From Candidatus Poribacteria bacterium (lineage in GTDB: Bacteria > Poribacteria > WGA-4E > WGA-3G): 64,000 bases of DNA. Shown piece after piece: positions 1 to 10,020 of the stretch (its first letter is position 1; the number at the start of each line of letters is the position of its first letter). A model generated the notes under the pieces. That model made no database searches. It was not told the DNA's origin and worked only from the letters and a program-made list of their open reading frames with translations. The stretch is from contig OY764016.1 in the NCBI GenBank assembly GCA_963667805.1, forward strand, positions 1,874,725 to 1,938,724, given 5' to 3'. The translations under genes and the position numbers were made by a program.

Positions 1-3000
1 GCCACCGTTGACTGTGCGTTGGGTTACACCGTTAGTCCCAACCGCCCAACCGAGGGGGGCAAATTTCATATCAATGCTCGTGAGGTTCTTATTGGTTGAG
101 GTGCGCTGCGGTGCCCAAATCGTCCCACCGTCTGGATTGTGTATAATATCGCCCCCTTCTCCGACAGCCCATCCCTCAGAAAAGTTGCCAAATGCGACCG
201 CATTTATGGCGAACGAGTTCTGGCGTGAGAGTCGCTCTTGCTTGTTTTGTGCTGTCCATTGCGATCCATCCTGCGTGTAAAGTAATGTTGCGTCACGGAG
301 CATCAGCCATCCCCATTTCGGTTCAAGACTGGTGAAGTGAACATCAACAATACGTTGCGTGGTATCACTCTCTAAATGTTGCCACGTCTTTCCGCCATTT
401 TCCGTCGAAAATAAGGCACCGTTATTTCCAGCAATCCAACCGTGTTGCGCATCGATAAATAACACATCACGGAGGGTATTCCGTTGTTCACCGAGCAGGT
501 GGTCCCAGTTTTCTCCGAAATCCGTTGTGCTATAAATCTGGCCTATAGTATCTTGCCCTTGATCGCCAATATCGATATCAAAGTCATCGGAGGTGCGCGG
601 GGATGCCACAATTACACCGACCATCCAAGCGTGTCCATCCTCAAGGATGTGGGCGTTCGTCAATTTGAAGGCGGGGAGAAATTGTTCCTCTGCCATTTGG
701 TGAACCCAGCTTTCATCGCCAACGGTTGCGCGTGGGTTAACAAGCGAGTCATTTATGATCTCCCAACGCTTGCCTTGGTTGTGTGTAATAAGAAGTCTCT
801 TGTCATTGGCTATGCCCCAAGCTTCCGTGTGATTCCGAAATTTCACGGCATGGATTCGAGTGCCCCCGGACATTTTGGAGAGCGTGTGTTTCCATGTCGC
901 GCCGCCATCTGTTGTGAGAAGTGATGCCCCATTCGCCAGGACCACCCAACCAGAAGTCTCATTCGCAAAATGAATACCGACACCATACCAATGCGTTCTG
1001 TCTTGGACCTGCCAGTTATCACCACCATCTACAGTATGCAGAATGTAGCTGCCTTCTCTCATCATGCGTGATATGACTGCCCACCCCTCTTTCGCGTTGA
1101 TAAAGTGTAAGCAGTCAATAGATGGATTTCCAAGTCCTGTTTTCTGCAATCGGAAGGTTTTACCGCCATCGCTTGTGTGAAGCGTTTGCGCATCATTCGC
1201 ACCGAGCCAACCCACTTGCGGATTAATGAAGTGCATCGCACTGATATGGTAAATAGCTTCCAACCCTTCACGGGTTACTTCCCATGTCTCACCGCCGTTT
1301 TCGGTCCGCAGCAGGACCCTATTGCCGCCGATCCAGCCGTGTTTCTCATCAATGAAGACGATACGCTGCAGGTCTTCCGTTACACCACTTCGTTGTGGAT
1401 CCCAGGTTTTGCCACCATCTGTTGTATTTAAAATAACACCCCCGTGGCCGACCGTCCATCCACGCATAGCCGACAGGAAATAGGTATCGGTGAAATACGT
1501 CTGCGATGCGCCTGAGCGGATAATCTCCCAATGATATTCAACGGCTTCTTCGAGTTGTGCTTCTAATTCAGCTGCTACTTCTTCGGCAGATGGGGGCAAT
1601 TCAACAATAAACTTCTCCGTATCCACAGAATAACGCATTGCGATACCATCTTCACCGACAGCAAGAATACCATCCGGGGAAAGCGAAAAACTGTAGAGGT
1701 CATTGGATGTGCCGCTCTTCTGTGATTCCCATGTCATCCCCCCATTGACAGTGGTCAAAATAACACCCTCATCTCCGACAATTAACCCGTGATTTGCATC
1801 GGCAAAGTAGACTTTGTTCAGATTTGCCTGCGTCCCACTCCGTTGAAATTTCCAGGTTTTTCCGCCGTCGAGTGTGTGTAGAATCTCACCGAGTTGCCCG
1901 ACCACCCAGCCGGTATGTCTGTCGATGAAGTAAGCGGCGTAGAGTTCATTGTAACTCTTGCTGTTCTGCCGTTTCCAAGTCCGCCCGCCGTCTACGGTAT
2001 GAAAAACAACCCCGGGCCAACCGACCACCCAGCCTTCTTTCTCATCGAGGAAAAAGATGCCTTTTATCATTTCGTGGAAATAGCGTGGCACCTGTTGGAC
2101 CCACGTCTTGCCACCGTCCGCAGTATGCATCACAGTCCCCAAATCGCCAACGATCCAACCCTTTTTCGGATTGATGAAATGGAGGGCATTCAGCGTATAC
2201 CACCATCCGCTGGTTTGCCGTTCCCATGTTTGACCCGCATCGGTTGTGTGGAGAATGAGTCCACCATCGCCAACCGCCCAGCCTTCCTTGTCGGTGACAA
2301 AAGATAAGTTCCGGATGCGATGCCACGTGTCCATCTCTATATCCATCCAAGTTTTGCCACTGTCATCACTTGTTGTGATTGTGCCCGTCTCTCCGACGGC
2401 GACCGCACGGTTTTCATCCGCAAACGCCACACTCTGCAGGGTATTGGCTATCGTGCCACTTTTCATGTCCCAGGTTACACCGCCGTCTTCTGAGTGCAAG
2501 AGTGTCCCATTCATACCGACAGCCCATGCCTGTTGATGGCTTATGAACTGAACCCCCATCAAATCATTTTTTGTGGGACTCTCTACCAATTGCCAATCGT
2601 TTCCGCCGTCCTCCGTCCGATTAATAAATCCACCTTGTGCGACGACGAGCCCGTAATCCTCACTGAGAAAATGGAAGTTGTTCACAATGGGCCGGACATG
2701 TCCATAAACCGGCGGTATTTTACACACTTGGGTGCTCCATTCTGCCCCCCCGTTGGTGGTATGGAAAATCGTGCCATCTGTGCCACCGCACCATCCCTTG
2801 TAAGGATTGACAAAAAATACCGTGTGCAGGTTACAAACCGTCGAGGTGGTATCCGTTTTAACGAGGTTATCCTGTCTCCGCCACGTATCACTGCTGTCAG
2901 TGGTAACAAAGATCCGGTCGTAGTCCCCGACTGTCCACCCGCGCTCTTTATCTACAAAGAAAACTCCCTTCATTTGGAAGTCACTCACATCTTGATGCTG

Positions 3001-3456
3001 CCATGTTTTTCCACCGTTTTCTGTGTAGAGCATCCCATCCTGTCCCGCAATCCAACCGATCTTTGAGTTGAGGAAAAAGACATCCAAAAGCAGCATAGAA
3101 ACTTCAGTTCTTTGGACAGTCCAATGCCGTCCGCCATCGTCTGTAATCGCAATGACCCCCTTATCCCCAACTGCCCAACCGTTATGGAGGTTTGTGAAAT
3201 AAACGGATTTGAAATCTTCGGTCGTATTGACGCTCTGTTTCTCCCAACTTATACCCCCGTCAGCCGTATGGAGAATCCATCCTCCATGTCCGACGATCCA
3301 GCCGTGTTTGGCATCCGCAAAGTGGAGGTCCATAAAATGGGTTTCCCAATCCGCTTGGCGAGTAATCTCCTTTTTTACACAACCGATGAACAGGAGAGAG
3401 GTTCCAAAGAGAATCGCCATCCAAAAGCGCGTGATGTTTTGAAAAATCTTTTTCAT
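1..3456 (-). CDS. BNR/Ycf48-like (PSII_BNR-type) repeat lipoprotein; 5' end in window, 3' end beyond window start (>1151 codons)
   Basis: Uninterrupted minus-strand frame from ATG at 3456 (AAAGGAGA RBS 7 nt upstream) down to position 1. N-terminal lipoprotein-like signal MKKIFQNITRFWMAILFGTSLLFIGC. More than 20 repeats of the GW(I/A)VG...DGG(x)TW motif. Absent from the supplied ORF track because it has no stop inside the window. Confidence 0.8.
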   Translation of the reverse strand, partial: MKKIFQNITRFWMAILFGTSLLFIGCVKKEITRQADWETHFMDLHFADAKHGWIVGHGGWILHTADGGISWEKQSVNTTEDFKSVYFTNLHNGWAVGDKGVIAITDDGGRHWTVQRTEVSMLLLDVFFLNSKIGWIAGQDGMLYTENGGKTWQHQDVSDFQMKGVFFVDKERGWTVGDYDRIFVTTDSSDTWRRQDNLVKTDTTSTVCNLHTVFFVNPYKGWCGGTDGTIFHTTNGGAEWSTQVCKIPPVYGHVRPIVNNFHFLSEDYGLVVAQGGFINRTEDGGNDWQLVESPTKNDLMGVQFISHQQAWAVGMNGTLLHSEDGGVTWDMKSGTIANTLQSVAFADENRAVAVGETGTITTSDDSGKTWMDIEMDTWHRIRNLSFVTDKEGWAVGDGGLILHTTDAGQTWERQTSGWWYTLNALHFINPKKGWIVGDLGTVMHTADGGKTWVQQVPRYFHEMIKGIFFLDEKEGWVVGWPGVVFHTVDGGRTWKRQNSKSYNELYAAYFIDRHTGWVVGQLGEILHTLDGGKTWKFQRSGTQANLNKVYFADANHGLIVGDEGVILTTVNGGMTWESQKSGTSNDLYSFSLSPDGILAVGEDGIAMRYSVDTEKFIVELPPSAEEVAAELEAQLEEAVEYHWEIIRSGASQTYFTDTYFLSAMRGWTVGHGGVILNTTDGGKTWDPQRSGVTEDLQRIVFIDEKHGWIGGNRVLLRTENGGETWEVTREGLEAIYHISAMHFINPQVGWLGANDAQTLHTSDGGKTFRLQKTGLGNPSIDCLHFINAKEGWAVISRMMREGSYILHTVDGGDNWQVQDRTHWYGVGIHFANETSGWVVLANGASLLTTDGGATWKHTLSKMSGGTRIHAVKFRNHTEAWGIANDKRLLITHNQGKRWEIINDSLVNPRATVGDESWVHQMAEEQFLPAFKLTNAHILEDGHAWMVGVIVASPRTSDDFDIDIGDQGQDTIGQIYSTTDFGENWDHLLGEQRNTLRDVLFIDAQHGWIAGNNGALFSTENGGKTWQHLESDTTQRIVDVHFTSLEPKWGWLMLRDATLLYTQDGSQWTAQNKQERLSRQNSFAINAVAFGNFSEGWAVGEGGDIIHNPDGGTIWAPQRTSTNKNLTSIDMKFAPLGWAVGTNGVTQRTVNGG

Positions 3457-3551
3457 CTGTTTTGTCTCCTTTAGTAGTAGTCAGCCGTCAGCAATCAGCA
3501 AAGCCGCAAGCGTTTCTTTTTTTTCAGGCAGCGACGGTTGACAGCCGATGT

Positions 3552-4778
3552 CTATTCTTCAGAGGGTAGATAAACCCCAATTGCGGCACCAGCATCCGTG
3601 GCGAACCAGAGTTTGCCGCTGCGGTCCTCAAATACTGACCAGACTCGATTGCTCGGTAGACCGTCATCTTTGTTGAAATTTTGGAACGTTTCACCGTTGT
3701 ATACACTTACGCCGCATTTAACTTCAGGGAAAATCATGCTGATACTGTCCTCGGTTTCATTCAACCGCGATGGTAGTTTCCTAACCCCCGTAAACCAAAG
3801 GTTCCCCTTACTGTCCTGCCTGATGTGGTCAACATTGTTCATTGGAAGTTCCGCGCTGCGTGGAAAAATGACCATCTCTTTCCCATCGTATCTACGCAGA
3901 CCACTCTTTTCCTCACCAGTGCCTTCTCGACTTATCCAGAGATTTTGCTGCGTGTCGAATTGTACATCCGTTATGTGTGGAGGACTCGCCTTCGCCATCT
4001 CTTGGAAAGGCACTAAATCCGGATCAATAGCAAAATGACGGAATTGGGACGTTTCGATATTATAGTAGGTAATTCCAGCAGTGCTGCCGAACCACAAATT
4101 GTCTGCTGCATCTTGGGCAACTGCCGTGACTTGACTCCACCAATCGGGTAATATATTCATTCCTATGGGACCGTGCATAGTCAGATGACCGAACTTTTTG
4201 CCATCGTAGTAATTCATACCCAAAGACGTCGCGAACCAAAGCGTTCCCGTTCTGTCCTCAAATATGTCCTTAACAGTATCGCGGAGGAGCCCGTCATTTG
4301 TCGTAAAAATCCGAAACGCATCTCCATCATAGCGACTCACACCTCTTAATGGTGTCGGTATCTCTGTGTCTGTCGGGGTTTCGTTTTCAAGCTCCTTAGC
4401 GAGTTCACTCAATGGGATCTCCATGAAGGACATATCCATAGGTTTGCCTCGTTCCAGAAGACTTGAGAGCATACCCTCCGCGAACCAAAGCATTCCTCGC
4501 CGATCTTCAAAAATGAGACCTATCCTGTTCTTTGCCAAGCCATCTTCTGTTGTGAAGGTTCTGAAGTTCTCTCCGTCATAACGGGTGACCCCCTCAGTCG
4601 TTCCGAACCATATATGACCGCGGCTGTCCTCAAAAATGGTAAGCACCGTGTTAGATGCCAAACCGTCGGTCGCGGTGAGCGTCTTTTCGATTTTGAGTTC
4701 TGCTGCATGAGTAACGGATACTATCCAATTTAACAGTAGTAGTAAGACGAGGATTGTTAGACACGTGTGTTTTTTCAT
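3552..4778 (-). CDS. secreted two-component-regulator-propeller (Reg_prop) repeat protein
   Basis: 408-aa ORF with signal peptide MKKHTCLTILVLLLLLNWIVSVTHA. Repeated G(x)(L/I)WFGTxxGxxRYDG-type motifs. AAAGGG RBS. Confidence 0.7.
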   Translation of the reverse strand: MKKHTCLTILVLLLLLNWIVSVTHAAELKIEKTLTATDGLASNTVLTIFEDSRGHIWFGTTEGVTRYDGENFRTFTTEDGLAKNRIGLIFEDRRGMLWFAEGMLSSLLERGKPMDMSFMEIPLSELAKELENETPTDTEIPTPLRGVSRYDGDAFRIFTTNDGLLRDTVKDIFEDRTGTLWFATSLGMNYYDGKKFGHLTMHGPIGMNILPDWWSQVTAVAQDAADNLWFGSTAGITYYNIETSQFRHFAIDPDLVPFQEMAKASPPHITDVQFDTQQNLWISREGTGEEKSGLRRYDGKEMVIFPRSAELPMNNVDHIRQDSKGNLWFTGVRKLPSRLNETEDSISMIFPEVKCGVSVYNGETFQNFNKDDGLPSNRVWSVFEDRSGKLWFATDAGAAIGVYLPSEE

Positions 4779-5184
4779 TGAGATACCCCTTTCGTTGAAG
4801 CTACGATTGAAATATTAGTTTTAATTTGCAAATTGTATGCCACTCCGAAAACATCGTCTTAGTCGTGGTCTAAATACGAACTTTAGAGGAAATATAGTAG
4901 ATTCTGTAATTACTTTTACACCAAACTCGGTGCGGTTAGAATGCAGATCGCATTTGGGCGAGTACGCCGCAAAACCGCACTTACCGGGGGTATACAGATA
5001 TTTTCGGACTTTACTATATTTGGAGAATACTGCACCAAATAGGGCAAGCAACAGTGGCACCTGCACGGATTTGTGCAATCACCTCGAGGCTGTATTCCTG
5101 TTATTTGCGAACATCAGTAGACCTCTTTATGATATTAATGACGCGAGTTAAGGACGAAATGGTTGCACAATTTTACAAAAGATT

Positions 5185-5220
5185 GGGAAAATGAATAAAG
5201 GGATAGATTCAATCTATCCC
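5185..5220 (-). terminator. rho-independent terminator after SDR gene (GGGATAGA-loop-TCTATCCC then T-rich run on minus strand)
   Basis: 8-10-bp stem read directly; T-rich tract downstream on the minus strand. Confidence 0.55.
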
Positions 5221-5289
5221 CTTTGGTGCGCTTGAAAGGAAAGTATAAGGAGGGTTTTCTGGAGAAACGATAGGCGTGTCGGATGCTGT

Positions 5290-6054
5290 TTAGAGCGATA
5301 GAATTCCGCCCTCAACGAGCATTGGGGCACCCGTCATGTATCTGGATTCATCGGAGGCTAAATAGACGGCTGCCCAAGCGATGTCTTCGGGTTCACCGAT
5401 GCCCAACGGGTGCATCTCTTTAATTTCTCTGTTTATTGCCTCTGGGTCTGGCTGCTTCGATAAAAATTCTTGGTAGAGTTCAGTGTTAATCGTGCCGGGA
5501 CAGAGACTGTTGACTCGGATGTTGTCTTCGGCATACCGGACCGCCATGCTTCGCGTGAGATGCACGACAGCGGCTTTGGAGGAGGTATAGGCGGGGTGCA
5601 TCGGGAACCCGACATAGGCAGATTCACTCGCCATGTTGATGATCGAACCGCCCCCAGCTTCGCGCATCAACGGGATTATCGCCCGAGAAACGAGATAGAT
5701 GCTCTTCACATTGACGGCGTATTGGTGATCCCACTCTGCTTCGGAGATATCTTCTAATTCACCTACGACAGCAATACCGGCGTTATTGAATAGCACATTA
5801 GGGGTACCGAGTTCAGATGTGACGTGAGCAACGGCACTCTCAATCTGTGCCGCGTCGGTTACGTCGCACTCACAGAACAGGGCATTTCCGCCGGAGGATC
5901 GGATCTGCTCCGCGGTTGCTTCGCCGCGTTCTGTGTTTACGTCCCAGATAGCCACGGCTGCGCCTTCACCTGCAAAGAGTTCTGCGCTTTTCGCGCCGAT
6001 GCCTCGGGCTGCGCCGGTGATAATTGCGGTTTTATCTTTCAGTCGGTTCGGCAT
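5290..6054 (-). CDS. short-chain dehydrogenase/reductase (SDR) family oxidoreductase
   Basis: 254 aa with TGAARGIGAKSAELFAGEGAAV Rossmann motif, NNAG, and the YTSSKAAV catalytic Tyr-Lys motif. Confidence 0.85.
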   Translation of the reverse strand: MPNRLKDKTAIITGAARGIGAKSAELFAGEGAAVAIWDVNTERGEATAEQIRSSGGNALFCECDVTDAAQIESAVAHVTSELGTPNVLFNNAGIAVVGELEDISEAEWDHQYAVNVKSIYLVSRAIIPLMREAGGGSIINMASESAYVGFPMHPAYTSSKAAVVHLTRSMAVRYAEDNIRVNSLCPGTINTELYQEFLSKQPDPEAINREIKEMHPLGIGEPEDIAWAAVYLASDESRYMTGAPMLVEGGILSL

Positions 6055-6173
6055 GCAGGATCCTTTTTATGCGGAGGTTGGTACCATTTTCAAAGAAATC
6101 TCAGAACTGAATGGCGAGATAAAGCGAGGGGCTAAACAATGTTGTCATTAGCGTTAACACCTTAAACCGTATA

Positions 6174-6294
6174 GGACTTACGCAGTTTTGAGCGTAGCGT
6201 GCTTCTGTGAGAAGGAATCCGAAAAAACAACAGACGGACTTTTGGAAACCCAAACTGACAGTTTATGCTACAAAAGAGAACCGCGCGTAAGTCC
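6174..6294 (+). repeat. MITE-like hairpin element, copy A (121 bp, 10-bp perfect terminal inverted repeats GGACTTACGC/GCGTAAGTCC)
   Basis: Compared directly with the reverse complement of 14048-14170. Ends ~85% identical, centre divergent. Confidence 0.75.
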
Positions 6295-6297
6295 TAT

Positions 6298-6507
6298 TTA
6301 CGTTTGGTGGGTTCGTTGGATCCGCTTCGCTATTGTCTTGATGTCAGGTTCATCAGCTAACCACTCCTGGCGTTCTTCCGTAAAATTGCCTGTCCCGGGG
6401 CCACACTGTCTAAGAAACCTAACCATGCCCGCAGCACCAAGTTTCTCAGAGAGTACTTTAAGCCCAATTTCGTAAATCTCGTCATCGGTCATATTTCGCG
6501 TATTCAT
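6298..6507 (-). CDS. small hypothetical protein overlapping 3' end of the PIN gene (possible toxin partner/antitoxin-like)
   Basis: 69-aa ORF overlapping the upstream PIN gene by 26 nt in the same orientation. No recognisable domain. Confidence 0.3.
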   Translation of the reverse strand: MNTRNMTDDEIYEIGLKVLSEKLGAAGMVRFLRQCGPGTGNFTEERQEWLADEPDIKTIAKRIQRTHQT

Positions 6508-6970
6508 ATCCTGTTTCCTCTTGTAGCCATGTGTCTGGATATTCTACTCGGACGTGAAGTTCTGTATTGACGCGCTTTGCTATTTTCAGTAGCGAGTCAT
6601 CTGTTGTGAGAAAGATATCTGCGTTGCCACTTTCGGCACAAGCAAGATGTAGAGCATCTAACCGCTCAAAACCAAATGCTTCAAGTTGTTCACCTCGTGC
6701 TATTTCTGCCTCACCAACCCAAACGATTTGGTGTGCCAGAGATAGCAGAGTTTTGACTTTAGCGTGTTTGATTGGTTCTGTGATTCGATCAATTTCATCC
6801 GCATTGACGCTGCTGGCAAGCCATTGCCAGTAACCTATATCAAAATACTCAAGAATTGCCTCAACAGCTTCGGTTTCACGGCGAACTCGATTTTGCGTTT
6901 GAACATCAAAAGGACGACTGAAACAACAGGTATCAAGATAGATTTTCTTATTTTGTTGAGAATTTTGCAC
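6482..6970 (-). CDS. PIN-domain ribonuclease (VapC-like toxin family)
   Basis: 162 aa with conserved acidic PIN positions: IYLDTC near the N-terminus, DALHLA, and FLTTDD. Confidence 0.7.
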   Translation of the reverse strand: MQNSQQNKKIYLDTCCFSRPFDVQTQNRVRRETEAVEAILEYFDIGYWQWLASSVNADEIDRITEPIKHAKVKTLLSLAHQIVWVGEAEIARGEQLEAFGFERLDALHLACAESGNADIFLTTDDSLLKIAKRVNTELHVRVEYPDTWLQEETGYEYAKYDR

Positions 6971-7191
6971 GCGTTAATCTCTGGGCTTTTTGGAAATTTC
7001 CTTTTTATTATTCCTGAGTTAAAGATACCATGAACTTTATTGTAATGTCAAGTTTTTTCAGAAAAAAGGGTGTGTAAAGTTTTTGATATTCAGCGGTTCA
7101 AGAGCCGGGAATCGGAGTTCCGCCCCCCACCAGAAACACACGGTAGGAGCGATATCCCAAGCGCGACCTTCGACGAAATATTTACATACCC

Positions 7192-7230
7192 CAGAAAAAA
7201 TATAGGGCAGATTATGATCCGCCCCTATAT
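7192..7230 (-). terminator. rho-independent terminator after dienelactone hydrolase gene
   Basis: TATAGGGC...GCCCCTATA hairpin, preceded on the plus strand by an A8 run (a T-run on the minus strand). Confidence 0.55.
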
Positions 7231-7255
7231 CTACCGCAAAAGTCCATAGAACTGT

Positions 7256-8065
7256 TTAAAGACCTCTCAAAAGGGATACCCACCGTTCCCAAGCGGCTTT
7301 CGTGGCAGATTTCTGTGCGTCGTTGGCATCCGCTGCCATACCGCGTCTCAGGAAGGCGTGACCGACACCTTCATAGATGACGGGGTCGTAAGTGACGTTT
7401 GCAGCATCCGCGGCGGCTTTTGTGGCATCAATTGTGGCATTGATACGGTTGTCGCTCTCGCCGTAGAAGCCGTACACGGGTGCCGATATTTTGGGGACAT
7501 CTTCTATTGGTGCGGCACGACCGTAGAATACGAAACCAGCGGCGATTGTATCGGAATGGACGGCGTAACTGAACGTTTGTCCGCCTCCCCAGCAGAATCC
7601 GGAGACCGCAACCTTCTCGTTGGTTGACGGTAGATCGCGGGCATATTTCTGGATGGCATCCAGATCAGACGTGACTTGGGCAGGTGAAAGTTCACGGATA
7701 GTCCGTCGGACATCGTCCCCGGAGGCAAAACTCTCCGTGCCACCACCGTCAGGTCCCATACCGGAAAGCAGATCGGGGCAAATTGCCACGAATCCATCAG
7801 CGGCGAGCCTGTCTGCCACGAGCCGGATCCAATCGGTGAGTCCAAAAATCTCGTGGATGACAATGATAGCCGTCGCGGGTTCCTTCACCTCTGGATACAC
7901 AACAAATGTGTTGACGACACGTTCATCGGCGGTCGTTACTTTCACCCATTCGCCGTGTCGCGGTGATGCCTCGAGTTGCGTTTTTATACTGTCAGCACTT
8001 GTGTTTCCGATGAACAATAAACTGGCAAAAAAGAGGACTAACATGAAAGCGGGGTATATCTGCAT
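7256..8065 (-). CDS. dienelactone hydrolase family protein (secreted)
   Basis: 269 aa with signal peptide. VIHEIFGL...ICPDLL and GFCWGGG nucleophile-elbow region typical of the DLH fold. Confidence 0.75.
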   Translation of the reverse strand: MQIYPAFMLVLFFASLLFIGNTSADSIKTQLEASPRHGEWVKVTTADERVVNTFVVYPEVKEPATAIIVIHEIFGLTDWIRLVADRLAADGFVAICPDLLSGMGPDGGGTESFASGDDVRRTIRELSPAQVTSDLDAIQKYARDLPSTNEKVAVSGFCWGGGQTFSYAVHSDTIAAGFVFYGRAAPIEDVPKISAPVYGFYGESDNRINATIDATKAAADAANVTYDPVIYEGVGHAFLRRGMAADANDAQKSATKAAWERWVSLLRGL

Positions 8066-8075
8066 AGCTGATTCC

Positions 8076-9185
8076 TTATTTTTCCTTTGTTTTGTGAATG
8101 ATGGATTCTACGACTTTCTGCAGTTCAGAGGCAGGCATTGCACCGAACAGGAAGAAGTGAATATCCGAACTGGACCAGCTGAAGGCATACGTCGGTCCGC
8201 GTTGGTATTTATGGACACGCGTGCCATCAAGTTCAATTACATCTGATCCTCTGCGTCTGTCGCTGCCACGACGGGCGCGTTTGTCGGTTGTCTCAAATAT
8301 GGAGAAACCCAACAAACCATCTGTGTAGATCAGATGAATGGTATTCTTTTTATTTTTTATACCGTGAATATCCTGCAGCTGGAATCCCGGTGGCAGATAT
8401 TCAGGCTGGATGGGTTTTGTTTTAAGTATCTTTTCTCCGTCTGCGAGCGAGATTGAATAGCTGCGTTGTGGTTCGAGCTTTATCTCTTTTTGAAAGGCTT
8501 CCCATTTCCGTTCTACGACTTCAGGGTCGAAACTAATTCGGGTATAGACGAACATTGCCCGAAGGACACCCTCAGCGTCGAGTGCCTCTAATCGCAGGAT
8601 AACTCCGTTTTCACGGGCAAAGAAAATCCGCTGTGTCGGTCTGCCAGCAAATTTGGGAGTAATCGTTAGGAGGTCGGTTTCATAATTCGCTATATCTTCT
8701 GTAGCGGCAGATTTTTCCAAGTCGTAATTTTGGGCAATCAGTTCAACATCTTTTTCAGAAAATAGACTTCTCACTTGATGCCATTTGTGATCTTCGTGCT
8801 CCCTATCTCGACCATTTCTGCGATTCTCGTTCCGGTCACTTCTTCGGTTGTCCCTGTGCCTTTCGTCTCGACGTTCGTCGCCGTGCGGATCGCCGAACGA
8901 CTTTCGCTCACCCACCACAGACAATTCCTTTCCGTAGAAAATATCCGGGGATTTATGGATAACGAGTTCTTCAAACGTACGGGTGCCTCTTGACGAAATG
9001 AACGTCTTTAAACGAATCCCTACGTAGTTGACTTCACGCTCGGCTGCTGCAATGCGTTCAAGCGTCCCGGTATCAGCCGAAAGGGGTTGAGGTGACCAGA
9101 GCAAAAACGCTAAAACTGGCATACAAAAGAGAGAGTATATAGGTTTCAAGCCCTTGCGAAGGATAAAATATGTATAGATTCGCAT
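8076..9185 (-). CDS. periplasmic protein downstream of anti-sigma factor (MucB/RseB-like, tentative) with R/D/E-rich low-complexity insert
   Basis: 369 aa with N-terminal hydrophobic segment. Highly charged stretch DERRDERHRDNRRSDRNENRRNGRDREHEDH. Third gene in the sigma / anti-sigma operon. Confidence 0.4.
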   Translation of the reverse strand: MRIYTYFILRKGLKPIYSLFCMPVLAFLLWSPQPLSADTGTLERIAAAEREVNYVGIRLKTFISSRGTRTFEELVIHKSPDIFYGKELSVVGERKSFGDPHGDERRDERHRDNRRSDRNENRRNGRDREHEDHKWHQVRSLFSEKDVELIAQNYDLEKSAATEDIANYETDLLTITPKFAGRPTQRIFFARENGVILRLEALDAEGVLRAMFVYTRISFDPEVVERKWEAFQKEIKLEPQRSYSISLADGEKILKTKPIQPEYLPPGFQLQDIHGIKNKKNTIHLIYTDGLLGFSIFETTDKRARRGSDRRRGSDVIELDGTRVHKYQRGPTYAFSWSSSDIHFFLFGAMPASELQKVVESIIHKTKEK

Positions 9186-9216
9186 AGATTCACCTGTTTG
9201 GTTCCTATTGCGTCAT

Positions 9217-9990
9217 TTAATTTCCCACATCCTCCAGATAGAGGTTGAGAAACAGTTCAGCGTCATCGGTCGTTTCTGTGGGTAAAGCGTCTTCCGAAGA
9301 TGTTGTGCGAAAGGAGACACCGACGTTTGCATCATAAGTGTTATCTACTAACTGTTCGGTGTGAAGTCCGAAGTAGAAATCAAGGGTCTCTTCGTATTGC
9401 GATCCAGTCGGATTGTAAAAGTAGAGGGCACCCAAAATCAGGACGAGCGTCAGAATACCGGTTGCGCCTGCGGTAACAGGACGGAAAAACCAGCGTCCCA
9501 GGTCGGGTATCCAGCGTCTTATATCAGGTATCCATCCGGTGTGAGTGGATTCCTCTTTGCGTGCCTGTGCGGCTTGTTGGCGTATTTTCGCCATCACTGT
9601 GCTTTGGATAGATGACGGTGCAGGATGCTGAATTGTTTTGATCCGCTCTCGATTTTGGCGGAACACCGAGAGCATATTGGAACACTCGCTGCAGGAATGG
9701 AGGTGCGCTTCCATCCGATCGCGCATGTCAGGCGCCAATTCGTCATCTAAATAAGCAGAGAGTTCATCTTGAAACTGCGCATGTATTTTTGCCATCACTC
9801 CGGCTTTGAGTGTTGATGGCACTGGGCGCGCGATGTTTACGACCCTCTGACGGTTCTCTTCAAACGCTGCCAGTATATTGGAACACTCGGCGCAGGAACG
9901 CAGATGTGCTTCAATTTGCTTATGCTGGCTCGGGCTTAATTCATTATCTAAGTAGGCGGATAATTCCTCTTGGATTTTTCGATGGTTCAT
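9217..9990 (-). CDS. anti-sigma factor with two tandem zf-HC2 (putative zinc-finger) N-domains and one TM segment
   Basis: Two copies of ELSAYLD(N/D)EL...EAHL(R/H)SC(A/S)ECSN(I/M)L..F(E/R)(E/Q)NR. TM helix ATGILTLVLILGALYFY. Immediately downstream of the ECF sigma gene. Confidence 0.7.
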   Translation of the reverse strand: MNHRKIQEELSAYLDNELSPSQHKQIEAHLRSCAECSNILAAFEENRQRVVNIARPVPSTLKAGVMAKIHAQFQDELSAYLDDELAPDMRDRMEAHLHSCSECSNMLSVFRQNRERIKTIQHPAPSSIQSTVMAKIRQQAAQARKEESTHTGWIPDIRRWIPDLGRWFFRPVTAGATGILTLVLILGALYFYNPTGSQYEETLDFYFGLHTEQLVDNTYDANVGVSFRTTSSEDALPTETTDDAELFLNLYLEDVGN

Positions 9991-10020
9991 ATCTCCAATC
10001 GAGGATCGTGGTAAAAGGTG

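Noticed and set aside
8-3474. Numerous 60-190-aa plus-strand and off-frame minus-strand ORFs listed in the track across 1-3474
   Set aside because: All lie antisense or out-of-frame to a continuous >1150-codon minus-strand frame with strong repeat-domain signal. They are low-complexity (P/S/T-rich) shadow ORFs.
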